Source of the DNA: Escherichia phage vB_EcoM_CE1
Length of the DNA: 64,000 nt
Strand: one strand, 5' to 3'
Sequence record: ON229909.1
Shown here: piece after piece, positions 17,211 to 28,096 of the stretch
Numbering within the stretch: position 1 is the stretch's first letter
Layout of the letters: the number at the start of each line of letters is the position of its first letter
Position numbers and translations under genes: made by a program
Notes under the pieces: model-generated
Database searches by the model: none
The model's input: only the letters and a program-made list of their open reading frames with translations
Told to the model about the DNA's origin: nothing

Positions 17211-17747
17211 TTATTGCCTCTCATATACGTAGCTTCTCAATTTATTAGCCCAACGACTCCAATTTCCAACTATAGTTTTTGTGTAATTTTTAACAAGGGT
17301 TTTTCTTATTGGAGCTGGAGGATCGGTTGGTTCAGTAGTATCAGAAGATGACCTAGAATTACTGCCAGAACCTCCAGATTCACTTTGTTCTTGGTAGTCA
17401 TATATTAATGTTACTTCGTAAGTGAATGTCTTCTGGAGGTTTTGAGGAGCTTTCCATAGATATAACTGAGTATTAGAATCAGTTGGAAGGTCTTCCCATG
17501 AAGCAGCAGTTTTAAATTCATCATCTAAACGATATTTCAATGCATCATTTCCAAATCCAAATACAGATTCATACGTTCCATATAAATGATTTTCTTCTAC
17601 TAAAACCCCAGGAGTTTCTTCGTAACTAGTTATATTTATAGATACTAACGTTTCACCTGTTTCTAATTGAGCGGTAAAGGTGACGTCGATAGAAGAACCT
17701 TCCATGGATTCTCCTAAATCAGCGCTCATTGGAAGTATATTAGCCAA
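17211..17747 (-). CDS. hypothetical protein (T4 5.1-like position)
   Basis: 178 aa ORF between the GIY-YIG gene and 5.4; Ser/Gly-rich linker. Confidence 0.6.
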
Positions 17748-18606
17748 TTGTTGAATTCTCTAATGATGTAAATTTATAATCACATTTTTTCAAAGCTTTT
17801 AAAATTGCGTTATAACTTACATCCGGAAGGTCATGTTCAATTGCTTTTTCTCTAAACCATTTGTATTTCTGCGGATGCGGTTTTCCCAAATCCTCCCAAA
17901 GTTTTTTGACTTTTTCTATACTAATCCAAGGTTCAACTGATCTTAGTTTTTTATTTCTAGCATCTAATCTCGATTTTCTTATCAAAGGATCATTCCATGA
18001 TTGTTTCGTTCCTTCTATTTTTCCTGGATGATTGATTAATTTATTTCTGTATTCATCGGATTTCCATAAAGATTTAACAGTATTAGAAATACGAATTTTT
18101 AATGTTGGGTCATTTTCAAAAGCAGTTTTCATCGCATTACTCATTTTCTTTCGATATTCTGATGATGCGCATCTTTCTTTGTTTATTTTAGATATTTTCT
18201 CTGAAAATTCTTTAGTTGACGTTGATTTAGCTAATGCCTTCAATTGAGCTTTCCTATATTCAGGATTAGACCACATTCTCTTCAAATCTTCGGATGAAAA
18301 ACCATCACCGCCGGATTTTATATTGGTGCATAGAATGTCAGATGATTTATATTTCGAAATCCAATACCTTTCTCTTAAATTAAGAATTTCATAAGTAGAA
18401 ACAAATTCAATTATTTCAAAATCTATTTTATAACCAGGTTTATTGCGTATCTTTTTAATATAATCACCGGAACCTATATACTTGTCATTTTCTAAATCAA
18501 AATATCTAGATTCATGTTTACCAATATAAACACGTACTAATCCTTTCGGATTAGTAACGGTTGTTTTATATATGTATCTAAATTGAACAGTGTTAGATTT
18601 TTTCAT
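17740..18606 (-). CDS. GIY-YIG homing endonuclease (Seg-like) with NUMOD-like repeats
   Basis: N-terminal FRYIYKTT...YIGKH...YIGSG GIY-YIG motif; repeated S..EYR..L helices; SD gaggtg; own late promoter. Confidence 0.75.
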   Translation of the reverse strand: MKKSNTVQFRYIYKTTVTNPKGLVRVYIGKHESRYFDLENDKYIGSGDYIKKIRNKPGYKIDFEIIEFVSTYEILNLRERYWISKYKSSDILCTNIKSGGDGFSSEDLKRMWSNPEYRKAQLKALAKSTSTKEFSEKISKINKERCASSEYRKKMSNAMKTAFENDPTLKIRISNTVKSLWKSDEYRNKLINHPGKIEGTKQSWNDPLIRKSRLDARNKKLRSVEPWISIEKVKKLWEDLGKPHPQKYKWFREKAIEHDLPDVSYNAILKALKKCDYKFTSLENSTIG

Positions 18607-18621
18607 AATTCACCTCTGAAT

Positions 18622-18629
18622 TATTTATA
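18622..18629 (-). promoter_or_regulatory. T4-type late promoter TATAAATA overlapping gene 5 stop, upstream of the GIY-YIG gene
   Basis: Exact TATAAATA on minus strand 15 nt upstream of the endonuclease ATG. Confidence 0.6.
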
Positions 18630-20355
18630 AACCTACGTCTATACGGCTACCATCAATTGTGTATTGACCAGATGAAATAGAACTCATAGATGCCATTTTT
18701 TCTGTCCAATCACCACCAACGTCCCAATCAACTGTCCCAGCAACTTTCCAAGAAAGATTTCCATTTACTGTATTAGTCTGATTTCCTTCAACTAAAGTGG
18801 TAGCATCCCCTTTAACTGTAATGTCAGCATTACCTTCAACTACAATAGTAACATTACCTTTTACTAGGATAGTTCCATTACCTTCAACTGTCTTAGTTTC
18901 ATCGCCGCGCACAAATATTGTGTTGCTTCCATCTATTTGGTGAAGACGATTATCCATGTTGTAGTAAATTTCTGATCCACCGACGTTAGTCTTTTTATCG
19001 CCGGCTACCAAAAAATTACCATCAGCATTTGTTATATCATATAAATTATCAACAGTTTTTCTTGTTCTTCTTCCTGACGGTGATACTTCCTCATATGTTC
19101 CAGTCGGATGAACTAATCTGTATCGTTCTTGTCCAGGGGTATCATCAAATTCCTGAATATGACCGCTTTCAGTTTCCATTGTGTGAACATACGGATATTC
19201 ACCTTTATATGAAGAAACAGGTTCTTTGAATAAAATTCTCGAATCATTCGGAATAGGAGGGTCAGCCGGGTCAGAAGACTTTGCTACAATAGCAGCCATT
19301 GCTGACAAAGACCTAGCTGGTGTTTTCACTTCAATACCGTATGATTCCAAATTACCTGTAAGAATAATCATGGTAACACGAGATGCACGGCCTTTTGTTT
19401 GTTGATACCATAATGAATCACGACCAGCTTTATATGCTTTTTCCCAATCTCCGGCTAACATAGCTGTTAACATTGTGTTAAATTTAGCTACACCGCCAAC
19501 GCCCATCTGAAATGCCATATTTTCTAATGCCATTTGACGAGAACGATTAACTGCTTGCCAAACTGGGCCAACTTTAGAATGTGATTTAATGTCACGTTGC
19601 ATATCAGCTAAATCACGTTCAAATAAAGTTACCGCTTCTTCCATTGTAATAGAACCTGGATTTCCGGTAATTTCACGACCAACTTGTTTTGATAAAACTT
19701 TATTAATTTGGGCCATATCACGAACTGGCTGCTTCATGATAAGATGACCAATACCAATTGTCGGATATCCTTCTGTATCCCAATAAACTTTTAGTCTTAA
19801 TCCTTCATCGCGGCGAAGCATTTCAGCCATTGACATATTTGGATTATCATCAGTTGGAATCTCTGATAGTGGTCTATCATCAGGATTTATCGCAGTGTCT
19901 AAATTACTATCTTGGATAATATTAGAAGACGAATCATATCCTACTTCTCCGCCTTGGTTTAATACGTTAGTATCATTTCCTAGACGTCTAGGATACTGTC
20001 CAGTCGGGTCAGAAAATCCTTCAAGTCTATTAGGCTTTTCGCGAACTATTCCACCATACGTGCCAAGGACAATTCCGTTAGTTTTCCATTTGTCTAAAAA
20101 ATGACCATAAACTCTAGTTCCTTCTACTGGTCCAGTAACGGAGCCTCCAATTCCAGACATTGCTGCAGAAGTTATAGGTTGAATAACTGACATCCATGGT
20201 AATTTATCAGTTGGAATACCCATTACATCACCTTGTGCTCTTTGAGGTGGATGCAGACCAACCACACGAACACGAACACGACCTAATTTTAATGGGTCCA
20301 TTCTATCTTCAACAACACCAACAAACCAATTAAGGTTATTACTTATCATTTCCAT
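18625..20355 (-). CDS. 5: baseplate hub subunit and tail lysozyme
   Basis: 576 aa, matches remembered T4 gp5 including lysozyme domain EGLRLKVYWDTEGYPTIGIGH. Confidence 0.9.
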   Translation of the reverse strand: MEMISNNLNWFVGVVEDRMDPLKLGRVRVRVVGLHPPQRAQGDVMGIPTDKLPWMSVIQPITSAAMSGIGGSVTGPVEGTRVYGHFLDKWKTNGIVLGTYGGIVREKPNRLEGFSDPTGQYPRRLGNDTNVLNQGGEVGYDSSSNIIQDSNLDTAINPDDRPLSEIPTDDNPNMSMAEMLRRDEGLRLKVYWDTEGYPTIGIGHLIMKQPVRDMAQINKVLSKQVGREITGNPGSITMEEAVTLFERDLADMQRDIKSHSKVGPVWQAVNRSRQMALENMAFQMGVGGVAKFNTMLTAMLAGDWEKAYKAGRDSLWYQQTKGRASRVTMIILTGNLESYGIEVKTPARSLSAMAAIVAKSSDPADPPIPNDSRILFKEPVSSYKGEYPYVHTMETESGHIQEFDDTPGQERYRLVHPTGTYEEVSPSGRRTRKTVDNLYDITNADGNFLVAGDKKTNVGGSEIYYNMDNRLHQIDGSNTIFVRGDETKTVEGNGTILVKGNVTIVVEGNADITVKGDATTLVEGNQTNTVNGNLSWKVAGTVDWDVGGDWTEKMASMSSISSGQYTIDGSRIDVGL

Positions 20356-20929
20356 AAGATTTCTCCATTATACGTATAAGGTCGTTCATAAATGAATTAA
20401 TGTCTGATTTTGCTATTATTTTTATTTGACGAAGTTTTTCATTTTCAAGAACAGCAGCTTCATACGTATCAACAGCAGCAAGTGCTCCTTCATATTGAGG
20501 ATATTTTCTAGCTTTATCGCCTTTATCATACCAAACATACGGATTATCATCGTATGATATTAAATTATAAAATTTTTCACCGTTCTCATTCACGTGATAT
20601 ACTATTTGGTCTCCACCTACATTTTTGTATTTTTGTATAGATGCTTGATAAGCAGCTTCTTGTGAAGTAATCCATCCATAATACGGATCGTAATTATCAT
20701 TACACATTAATAAAACCCAATACAGCTGTGGATTTCCATATATGGTATTTGCTAATTCTTCCGGGCGTGGTGAACCTTTAATATAATAAGTACGTAAGCG
20801 GTATCCCGCAAGAGCGCGTTTGAAATAGTCTTTATAATTTCTAAAAATATCTGTCATAGGAATAGTCGGCGCGTTTTTATTCACTGTTTTGGCCGCATAT
20901 TCAATCGGATCAAAAAATGTAAAGAGCAT
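20339..20929 (-). CDS. 53: baseplate wedge protein
   Basis: 196 aa as T4 gp53. Confidence 0.85.
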   Translation of the reverse strand: MLFTFFDPIEYAAKTVNKNAPTIPMTDIFRNYKDYFKRALAGYRLRTYYIKGSPRPEELANTIYGNPQLYWVLLMCNDNYDPYYGWITSQEAAYQASIQKYKNVGGDQIVYHVNENGEKFYNLISYDDNPYVWYDKGDKARKYPQYEGALAAVDTYEAAVLENEKLRQIKIIAKSDINSFMNDLIRIMEKSYGNDK

Positions 20930-20942
20930 GGGCCCTCCTGTT

Positions 20943-20950
20943 TATAAATA
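20943..20950 (+). promoter_or_regulatory. T4-type late promoter TATAAATA for gene 4
   Basis: Exact TATAAATA 26 nt upstream of gene 4 ATG. Confidence 0.65.
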
Positions 20951-20957
20951 TATTATC

Positions 20958-20965
20958 TATTTATA
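20958..20965 (-). promoter_or_regulatory. T4-type late promoter TATAAATA for gene 53 (divergent from gene 4 promoter)
   Basis: Exact TATAAATA on minus strand 28 nt upstream of gene 53 ATG. Confidence 0.65.
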
Positions 20966-20976
20966 AGGAGAATCCA

Positions 20977-21429
20977 ATGGCATATTCTGGAAAATGGGTT
21001 CCTAAAAATATATCAAAGTATAGAGGTGACCCTAAAAAAATTACGTATAGATCAAATTGGGAAAAATTCTTTTTTGAATGGTTAGATAAAAATCCAGAAA
21101 TTATTGCATGGGGTAGTGAAACAGCAGTAATTCCTTATTTTTGTAATGCCGAAGGGAAAAAACGTAGATACTTCATGGATATTTGGATGAAAGATTCTTC
21201 TGGACAAGAATTTTTTATTGAAATAAAACCTAAAAAAGAAACACAACCACCAGTTAAACCAGCACATCTAACGACCGCAGCGAAGAAAAGATTTATGAAT
21301 GAAATTTATACCTGGTCTGTGAACACTGATAAATGGAAAGCAGCACAATCTTTAGCTGAAAAGCGTGGAATAAAATTTAGAATTCTAACAGAAGATGGAT
21401 TACGAGCTCTTGGCTTTAAGGGGGCATAA
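20977..21429 (+). CDS. 4: head completion protein
   Basis: 150 aa, matches remembered T4 gp4. Confidence 0.85.
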   Translation: MAYSGKWVPKNISKYRGDPKKITYRSNWEKFFFEWLDKNPEIIAWGSETAVIPYFCNAEGKKRRYFMDIWMKDSSGQEFFIEIKPKKETQPPVKPAHLTTAAKKRFMNEIYTWSVNTDKWKAAQSLAEKRGIKFRILTEDGLRALGFKGA

Positions 21430-22256
21430 TGGCTATTTTTCAAATAATTAATGAAAGCACTCCCCAAGTTCCAAAGGTTAAGCAATCATTAAATGAAAAG
21501 AAATGGATTCAGATAGGTCTTGAATATAAAAAGGCCAAAGCAAAAGGAATGACAGGAAAGCAATTTGCTGAAGAAAGAGGAATTAAATACTCTACGTTTA
21601 CTTCAGCAATGTCAAAATATGCTTCAGGAATTAAAACGGCTGAAAAGATTCAAAAACTTGAATCAAAACCAATGAATAAACTCAATAAGCAAGAAAGACA
21701 ACTGCTTATGATAAATTCATTCAGGCAAACATTGCGTGATAAAATTCGTAATGAAGGCGCAGCAATTAATAATAAAACCAGAAAGTGGTTTGCTGAAACT
21801 ATTAAGCAGGTAAAAGGACATAAAGTTGTTCGCCCGCAGCCGGGACGAATATATGCTTTTGCTTATGATGCTAAACACAAGGAAACTCTTCCTTACTGGG
21901 ATAAATTTCCTTTGATAATTTACCTTGGTTTAGGTAAGCATAATTTAATGTACGGATTAAACTTGCACTATATTCCACCTAAAGCTCGTCAGCAATTTCT
22001 AGAAGAGCTTTTAAAGCAATATTCAAATACACCTACTATTACTAATAAAACGAAATTAAAAATTGATTGGAGTCAAGTGAAAGGATTTAGAGGTGCAGAC
22101 CAAATGATTAAGGCATATATACCTGGTAATATTATGGGTAGCCTAGTTGAAATCGCCCCGAAAGACTGGGCGAACGTTGTGTTAATGCCACTCCAAAGCT
22201 TCTACTCCAAAGGAAAACGTTTCTCTGCAAACAAAGTTTGGAGCAATGTACGATGA
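21429..22256 (+). CDS. 2: DNA end protector protein
   Basis: 275 aa, position and size as T4 gp2. Confidence 0.85.
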   Translation: MAIFQIINESTPQVPKVKQSLNEKKWIQIGLEYKKAKAKGMTGKQFAEERGIKYSTFTSAMSKYASGIKTAEKIQKLESKPMNKLNKQERQLLMINSFRQTLRDKIRNEGAAINNKTRKWFAETIKQVKGHKVVRPQPGRIYAFAYDAKHKETLPYWDKFPLIIYLGLGKHNLMYGLNLHYIPPKARQQFLEELLKQYSNTPTITNKTKLKIDWSQVKGFRGADQMIKAYIPGNIMGSLVEIAPKDWANVVLMPLQSFYSKGKRFSANKVWSNVR

Positions 22257-22909
22257 ATTATGAAAAAATTTATAATTCACTAATTGATAGGGCTCGCAAT
22301 AGAGCCCTTACTGGATATAAAGAAAGACATCATATTATTCCGAAATGTTTAGGCGGTAGTAATGATGCTTCTAACTTGGTTGATTTAACTCCAGAAGAGC
22401 ATTATGTTGCACATCAACTATTAGTAAAAATACACCCAAATTCTTTAAAATTATCTTATGCGGCCATAAAAATGACGGTTTCAACTAAATATGTTAGGAG
22501 AAATAATAAAGTTTATGGTTGGTTAAAAAGAAAACATGCAAATAATATTTCAAATACACAAACTGGACGAAAATATAATAATGGTAAAAGATGTATAAAA
22601 TTGCATGATGGAGATATAATTCCTGAGGGATTTATTTTAGGAAGAGGATGGAGTCCGACACAAGGCACAACTCATTCTAGAAAAAATGATACATTTAAAA
22701 ACAAAAAGCTTCAATCTGCTTTAGCTAATAAACGGTGGGAAAAAGAAAAGAAAATAATGTTAGATAACTTTGGAGTTAGCACTATTGATGAAGCAAAGAA
22801 AATTGTTCTTGATTTTAAATCAACTTGTCATCCAAGATATTGGCGAAAGCCAACTTTAGAAAAATTTCCATTTATGACTTCTGCTCGTTTAAGAAGTCTA
22901 ATAAATTAA
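22253..22909 (+). CDS. HNH homing endonuclease (Mob-like)
   Basis: HNH motif [27 protein letters not shown]; ATG 22253 in ATGA overlap with gene 2 stop (ORF track start 22238). Confidence 0.7.
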   Translation: MNYEKIYNSLIDRARNRALTGYKERHHIIPKCLGGSNDASNLVDLTPEEHYVAHQLLVKIHPNSLKLSYAAIKMTVSTKYVRRNNKVYGWLKRKHANNISNTQTGRKYNNGKRCIKLHDGDIIPEGFILGRGWSPTQGTTHSRKNDTFKNKKLQSALANKRWEKEKKIMLDNFGVSTIDEAKKIVLDFKSTCHPRYWRKPTLEKFPFMTSARLRSLIN

Positions 22910-23015
22910 TTCTATTATCTTCCATTCTTTTCTATTGTTTGTTCTAATTGGAATTGAATGGAAGGGACTTAGACCCATTATACCACCAACATTTATAAAG
23001 CATTATGAGGAATAT

Positions 23016-23546
23016 ATGTCACAAGCACTACAACAAATTTTTAACCAAGCAAATACAACTAACTTTGTAGTATCAATACCGCATAGTAATACTACATCTG
23101 CTTTTACTTTAAATGCTCAGTCAGTTCCTATTCCAGGAATTAGAATACCTGTTACTGATACCGTGACTGGGCCGTTTGGACTAGGCAGAGCGCAACGTCC
23201 AGGAGTTACATTTGAGTACGACCCACTCATTGTGAGATTTATAGTTGATGAAGAACTTAAGTCGTGGATAGGAATGTATGAATGGATGCTAGGAACTAGT
23301 AACTATCTTACAGGCGAAAATACTGCCCAAAAAACAGGTCCTGAATACATTACGCTTTACATTTTAGATAATAGTAAAACTGAAATCGTGATGTCAATAA
23401 ATTTTTATAAGCCTTGGGTTTCTGACCTGTCTGAAGTAGAATTTAGCTACACTGAAGATTCAGACCCGGCTTTAGTATGTACAGCAACGATTCCTTATAC
23501 GTATTTTCAAGTAGAAAAAGATGGCAAAATTATAGCAGAAGTTTAA
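23016..23546 (+). CDS. 3: tail completion / sheath stabilizer protein
   Basis: ORF track 22935..23546; start moved to MSQALQQIF giving 176 aa as T4 gp3. Confidence 0.8.
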   Translation: MSQALQQIFNQANTTNFVVSIPHSNTTSAFTLNAQSVPIPGIRIPVTDTVTGPFGLGRAQRPGVTFEYDPLIVRFIVDEELKSWIGMYEWMLGTSNYLTGENTAQKTGPEYITLYILDNSKTEIVMSINFYKPWVSDLSEVEFSYTEDSDPALVCTATIPYTYFQVEKDGKIIAEV

Positions 23547-23570
23547 TGCTTCAGTTTCATGTGTTATAAT
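23545..23570 (+). promoter_or_regulatory. T4 middle promoter (MotA box aaTGCTTca plus -10 TATAAT) for gene 1
   Basis: MotA-box consensus 11 nt upstream of TATAAT, 26 nt before gene 1 ATG. Confidence 0.6.
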
Positions 23571-23595
23571 CTTAACTAAATTTGAGGAGAAACAT

Positions 23596-24308
23596 ATGAA
23601 ACTAATCTTTTTAAGTGGTGTAAAGCGCAGTGGAAAAGATACTACTGCAGATTTTATCATGGAAAATTATTCTGCAGTTAAATATCAACTTGCTGGTCCT
23701 ATTAAAGATGCATTGGCTTATGCATGGGGTGTATTTGCAGCAAACACTGACTATCCTTGCTTAACTCGTAAAGAGTTTGAAGGAATTGACTATGATCGTG
23801 AGACTAATTTAAATCTGACTAAATTAGAAGTAATTACGATTATGGAACAAGCATTTTGCTATCTTAATAGTAAAAGCCCAATTAAAGGTGTGTTTATTTT
23901 TGATGACGCAGTTAATTTCGTAGCATTTAACAAGATTGCTGACGTTATAAATAATATTGAAGATCAATGGTCAGTCCGTCGTCTGATGCAAGCCCTAGGT
24001 ACGGATTTGATTGTTAATAACTTCGACCGCATGTATTGGGTAAAATTATTTGCTTTAGATTATCTTGATAAATTTAACTCAGGTTATGATTATTATATCG
24101 TTCCTGATACTCGTCAAGATCATGAAATGGATGCGGCTAGGGCGATGGGTGCTACAGTAATTCATGTAGTTCGTCCTGGTCAAAAATCCAATGATACTCA
24201 TATTACAGAAGCTGGATTGCCAATTCGTGATGGCGATTTAGTAATTACAAACGATGGTTCTCTTGAAGAACTTTTTTCTAAAATTAAAAATACACTAAAG
24301 GTACTATA

Positions 24309-24309
<1 letters not shown>
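23596..24309 (+). CDS. 1: deoxynucleoside monophosphate kinase
   Basis: 237 aa, matches remembered T4 gp1 (P-loop GVKRSGKDT). Confidence 0.9.
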
Positions 24310-25006
<697 letters not shown>

Positions 25007-25018
25007 TTTCACAAAGTT

Positions 25019-25048
25019 GTTTACACGTTGATGAGGTAGTGATACTAT
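25019..25048 (+). promoter_or_regulatory. T4-type early promoter (-35 GTTTAC, extended -10 TGaTACTAT)
   Basis: Member of conserved ttcacaaa..gtttaca..tg.tactat family, upstream of ipI. Confidence 0.7.
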
Positions 25049-25078
25049 TATCTCATCAAAATTAATTAGGAAAATAAA

Positions 25079-25366
25079 ATGAAAACTTTCAAAGAATTTA
25101 CTTCTACAACTACCCCGGTTTCTACTATTACCGAAGCTACTCTTACTTCTGAAGTTATTAAAGCAAATAAAGGACGAGAAGGTAAACCAATGATTAGTTT
25201 GGTTGATGGCGAAGAAATCAAAGGTACTGTTTACCTAGGTGATGGGTGGTCTGCTAAAAAGGATGGTGCTACAATCATTATCTCTCCTGCTGAAGAAACT
25301 GCGTTGTTTAAAGCTAAACACATTTCTGCGGCACATCTCAAGATTATTGCTAAAAATCTTTTGTAA
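25079..25366 (+). CDS. ipI: internal protein I (capsid-targeted, CTS MKTFKEF)
   Basis: 95 aa, matches remembered T4 IPI. Confidence 0.85.
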   Translation: MKTFKEFTSTTTPVSTITEATLTSEVIKANKGREGKPMISLVDGEEIKGTVYLGDGWSAKKDGATIIISPAEETALFKAKHISAAHLKIIAKNLL

Positions 25367-25384
25367 TAAATATTTCACAAAGTT

Positions 25385-25414
25385 GTTTACATAGGGTTTT
25401 AGTTGTGATACTAT
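25385..25414 (+). promoter_or_regulatory. T4-type early promoter
   Basis: gtttac / tgatactat with 18-nt spacing upstream of 25443 ORF. Confidence 0.65.
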
Positions 25415-25442
25415 TACCCTATCAACTACCGAGGAGAATAAA

Positions 25443-25628
25443 ATGAAACGTTGTGAATTAATTCGAAATGTTGCTATTGCAATTTCTGCTTCCGCTTTTA
25501 GTTTTTCAATGTTTGTTGGATTTATATGCGGATTATTGACTACAGCAGAAAATGTTTTTTCACTTGTAGTAGCATTTTTAATTGGTTTAATCGCTATTGT
25601 TATGGATAAAATTTCTAAAGGTGAATAG
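25443..25628 (+). CDS. small hydrophobic membrane peptide
   Basis: 61 aa, two predicted TM segments, directly downstream of early promoter. Confidence 0.5.
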   Translation: MKRCELIRNVAIAISASAFSFSMFVGFICGLLTTAENVFSLVVAFLIGLIAIVMDKISKGE

Positions 25629-25629
25629 A

Positions 25630-26004
25630 ATGTATAAAGTGTACGCGGATTATCAGGCTAATCCATCTGAAAAGCCAGATTGCCAAATTGGATGGGCTCA
25701 TGATACCCTGCTTGAAGCAGTAGTTGCTGCTCAAAAATTGGGATATAAATATGTAGAGATTGTTCAACCGTCAGGAAAAGTTATTACTCTTGAAGAGTTC
25801 AATAACATTAAACCAAACTTTTTACTTTTTGCAGGTGATAATTATTATCCTCGTGGTGGATATGATGATTTGATTGCGTATGCTGAAACAGAAGATGAAT
25901 TACGCCAAATTATTGAAGACAATAAATCAAAACGATTTGGCGATAGTTTCGACTGGTGGCAAATTGTAAATGCCCATACACATACTATTGTTGATAAAGG
26001 TTAA
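25630..26004 (+). CDS. hypothetical protein
   Basis: ORF track 25597..26004; start moved to MYKVYADY ATG. Confidence 0.55.
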   Translation: MYKVYADYQANPSEKPDCQIGWAHDTLLEAVVAAQKLGYKYVEIVQPSGKVITLEEFNNIKPNFLLFAGDNYYPRGGYDDLIAYAETEDELRQIIEDNKSKRFGDSFDWWQIVNAHTHTIVDKG

Positions 26005-26006
26005 TA

Positions 26007-26294
26007 ATGATTCTTTATGCGAAAGTATCGTCCATTGAAAATGGATATAAATATGATCAAGATGCGGCTAAAGCCTTGATTGATGATTATGGCATTTTAA
26101 CATGTTTTGAAGTTGAAAAGGTTTACATTGATCGTTCATCTTCTCAAGTTAAATTAGTGAAGGAAGACCGTAAATTTAATACAGTAAATTTTGATTTCTT
26201 TATTGAAACGGAAAAAGGTCCTCTTGAATATGATATTTTCAAGAATCCTTTGGGTCTTGAATGCATCGTAAATATGTATTATCATAAATGGTAA
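26007..26294 (+). CDS. hypothetical protein
   Basis: 95 aa ORF tightly packed before tRNA cluster. Confidence 0.55.
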   Translation: MILYAKVSSIENGYKYDQDAAKALIDDYGILTCFEVEKVYIDRSSSQVKLVKEDRKFNTVNFDFFIETEKGPLEYDIFKNPLGLECIVNMYYHKW

Positions 26295-26391
26295 ATATGC
26301 TTTAAGAATTATTTGTTATTATTAACTCATATCGCACTGATTAATACCCTCTATCATCAAGGGTTCTTGTTTGAGAGCCTTTGTTAATAAT

Positions 26392-26464
26392 TGGGAATTA
26401 GCCAAGTTGGTAAGGCATAGCACTTTGACTGCTAGATGCAAAGGTTCGAGTCCTTTATTCCCAG
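26392..26464 (+). tRNA. tRNA-Gln (anticodon UUG)
   Basis: Hand-folded cloverleaf; acceptor tgggaat/attccca; anticodon loop ctTTGac; T-arm GGTTCGAGTCC. Confidence 0.8.
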
Positions 26465-26465
26465 C

Positions 26466-26552
26466 GCGAGAATGGTCAAATTGGTAAAGGCACAGCACTT
26501 AAAATGCTGCGGAATGATTTCCTTGTGGGTTCGAGTCCCACTTCTCGTACCA
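26466..26552 (+). tRNA. tRNA-Leu (anticodon UAA), long variable arm, encoded CCA
   Basis: Acceptor gcgagaa/ttctcgt; anticodon loop ctTAAaa; 1-nt spacer after tRNA-Gln (dimeric precursor as in T4). Confidence 0.8.
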
Positions 26553-26558
26553 AAGTTT

Positions 26559-26630
<72 letters not shown>

Positions 26631-26642
26631 AAATTTAATTTA

Positions 26643-26716
26643 CTCCGTGTAGCTCAGTTTGGTAGAGCGTCTGCTTTGGGAGCAGAATGTCGCAGGTTCA
26701 AATCCTGCCGCGGAGA
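26643..26716 (+). tRNA. tRNA-Pro (anticodon UGG)
   Basis: Acceptor ctccgtg/cgcggag; anticodon loop ttTGGga; T-arm GGTTCAAATCC. Confidence 0.75.
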
Positions 26717-26718
26717 CT

Positions 26719-26805
26719 GGAGGCGTGGCAGAGTGGTTTAATGCACCGGTCTTGAAAACCGGCAGTCGCTCCGGCGATTCATAGGTTCAAATCCTATCGC
26801 CTCCG
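26719..26805 (+). tRNA. tRNA-Ser (anticodon UGA), long variable arm
   Basis: Acceptor ggaggcg/cgcctcc; anticodon loop ctTGAaa. Confidence 0.75.
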
Positions 26806-26812
26806 TAATTTC

Positions 26813-26885
26813 GCTGATTTAGCTCAGTAGGTAGAGCACCTCACTTGTAATGAGGACGTCGGCGGTTCGATTCCGTCAATCAGCA
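26813..26885 (+). tRNA. tRNA-Thr (anticodon UGU)
   Basis: Acceptor gctgatt/aatcagc; anticodon loop ctTGTaa. Confidence 0.75.
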
Positions 26886-26891
26886 TATCAA

Positions 26892-26963
26892 GGCCCTGTA
26901 GCTGGAAGGTTCAAGCAAGCGACTCATAATCGCCAGATGGTGGTTCAATTCCACCCAGGGCCA
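26892..26963 (+). tRNA. tRNA-Ile (anticodon CAU, lysidine-type; Met not excluded)
   Basis: Acceptor ggccctg/cagggcc; anticodon loop ctCATaa; T4 cluster order puts Ile here. Confidence 0.65.
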
Positions 26964-27004
26964 TATTTTGAGAACATAAATACTCTTAGAAATAGGAGAT
27001 ATTT

Positions 27005-27670
27005 ATGTTCCATTACATTTATAAAATAACAAATAAAATTAATAATAAAATTTATATTGGTGTGCATTCTACCGAAAATTTAGATGATGGATATATGGGT
27101 TCTGGTAAATTATTAAAAAGAGCCCAAGATAAGTATGGTATAGAAAATTTTTCTAAAGAAATATTAGAGTTCTTTGACGATAAAACCTCTATGTTTGAGA
27201 CAGAAAAGAATATTGTGACTGAAGAGTTTTTAAAGCGCCCTGATGTTTATAATTTGAAATTAGGTGGTGAAGGTGGATGGGACCATTTAAACACTAAAGA
27301 ATATTTGGATAAAAAGAAAGAAGCTTCCTTAAAAGGAGCTGCCGCTTTTAAAACCAGATTTGAGAACGACCCAGACCTTAAAGAAAAATATCGTAAAATG
27401 GGTTCAGAAAGGTTTAAACAGCTTTGGGATAATCCTAAGTATAGAGAGAAATTTTTAAATACTAAATCTTTCTTGGGTAAGACCCATACTCCTGAAACTA
27501 TTAATAAAATGAAAGAATCTCACGCCAGAAATAAACACCAACAAAGTGAAAAGAATTCCCAATTTGGCATGATGTGGATTCATTCATTAGATGAAAAAGT
27601 TTCTAAACGTATTAAGAAAACTGACCCAATTCCAGAAGGATGGTTTAAAGGTCGAAAAATGAAATTTTAA
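27005..27670 (+). CDS. segB: GIY-YIG homing endonuclease SegB inside tRNA cluster
   Basis: 221 aa, FHYIYKITN...YIGVHS GIY-YIG motif; located between tRNA-Ile and tRNA-Arg as in T4. Confidence 0.85.
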   Translation: MFHYIYKITNKINNKIYIGVHSTENLDDGYMGSGKLLKRAQDKYGIENFSKEILEFFDDKTSMFETEKNIVTEEFLKRPDVYNLKLGGEGGWDHLNTKEYLDKKKEASLKGAAAFKTRFENDPDLKEKYRKMGSERFKQLWDNPKYREKFLNTKSFLGKTHTPETINKMKESHARNKHQQSEKNSQFGMMWIHSLDEKVSKRIKKTDPIPEGWFKGRKMKF

Positions 27671-27673
27671 TTA

Positions 27674-27750
27674 CGGGGCATAGCTCAATTGTATAGAGCA
27701 ACGGATTTCTAATCCGTTGGTTGAAGGTTAGAATCCTTCTGCCTCGACCA
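27674..27750 (+). tRNA. tRNA-Arg (anticodon UCU), encoded CCA
   Basis: Anticodon loop ttTCTaa; T-arm and acceptor 3' tgcctcg-a-cca; 5' end assignment approximate. Confidence 0.65.
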
Positions 27751-28066
27751 AACAAGAAACCGGGTCGCTACCGGTAAGTCGTCGGACTGATGTTCCCTGG
27801 GTAAGGAATTGTGTTAATAAATCTTTATGATTTGTTGATGCCCTCTTACATCACAGCAGAAACGGCGCACCAAATTATCGATTCGAGGAAATATCTTTGC
27901 CGTAAGCCGAGTAGCGTTTTTGACGGAACGTTCGGATATGGTCGAGATATGGCCTTTTAAAAATATTGAGTAGCGTCAACTACTTAATAACCGGGTTCGA
28001 ATCCCGGCGTTTCGTACAAACACTTGCCTTAGCAGGTGGAACCCCTACAAGGTTGCCGCAAGGCTT
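27751..28066 (+). ncRNA. small stable RNA region (T4 species 1/2, RNA C and RNA D-like)
   Basis: ORF-free 316 nt downstream of tRNA-Arg with tRNA-like T-arm GGTTCGAATCCCGGC and a terminator at its end; internal boundaries not resolved. Confidence 0.5.
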
Positions 28067-28067
28067 A

Positions 28068-28094
28068 GCCCCGACCGAAAGGTTGGGGCTTTTT
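28068..28094 (+). terminator. rho-independent terminator gccccgacc-GAAA-ggttggggc plus T-run
   Basis: 9-bp GC stem, GNRA loop, T5; first copy of duplicated hairpin. Confidence 0.65.
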
Positions 28095-28096
28095 AG

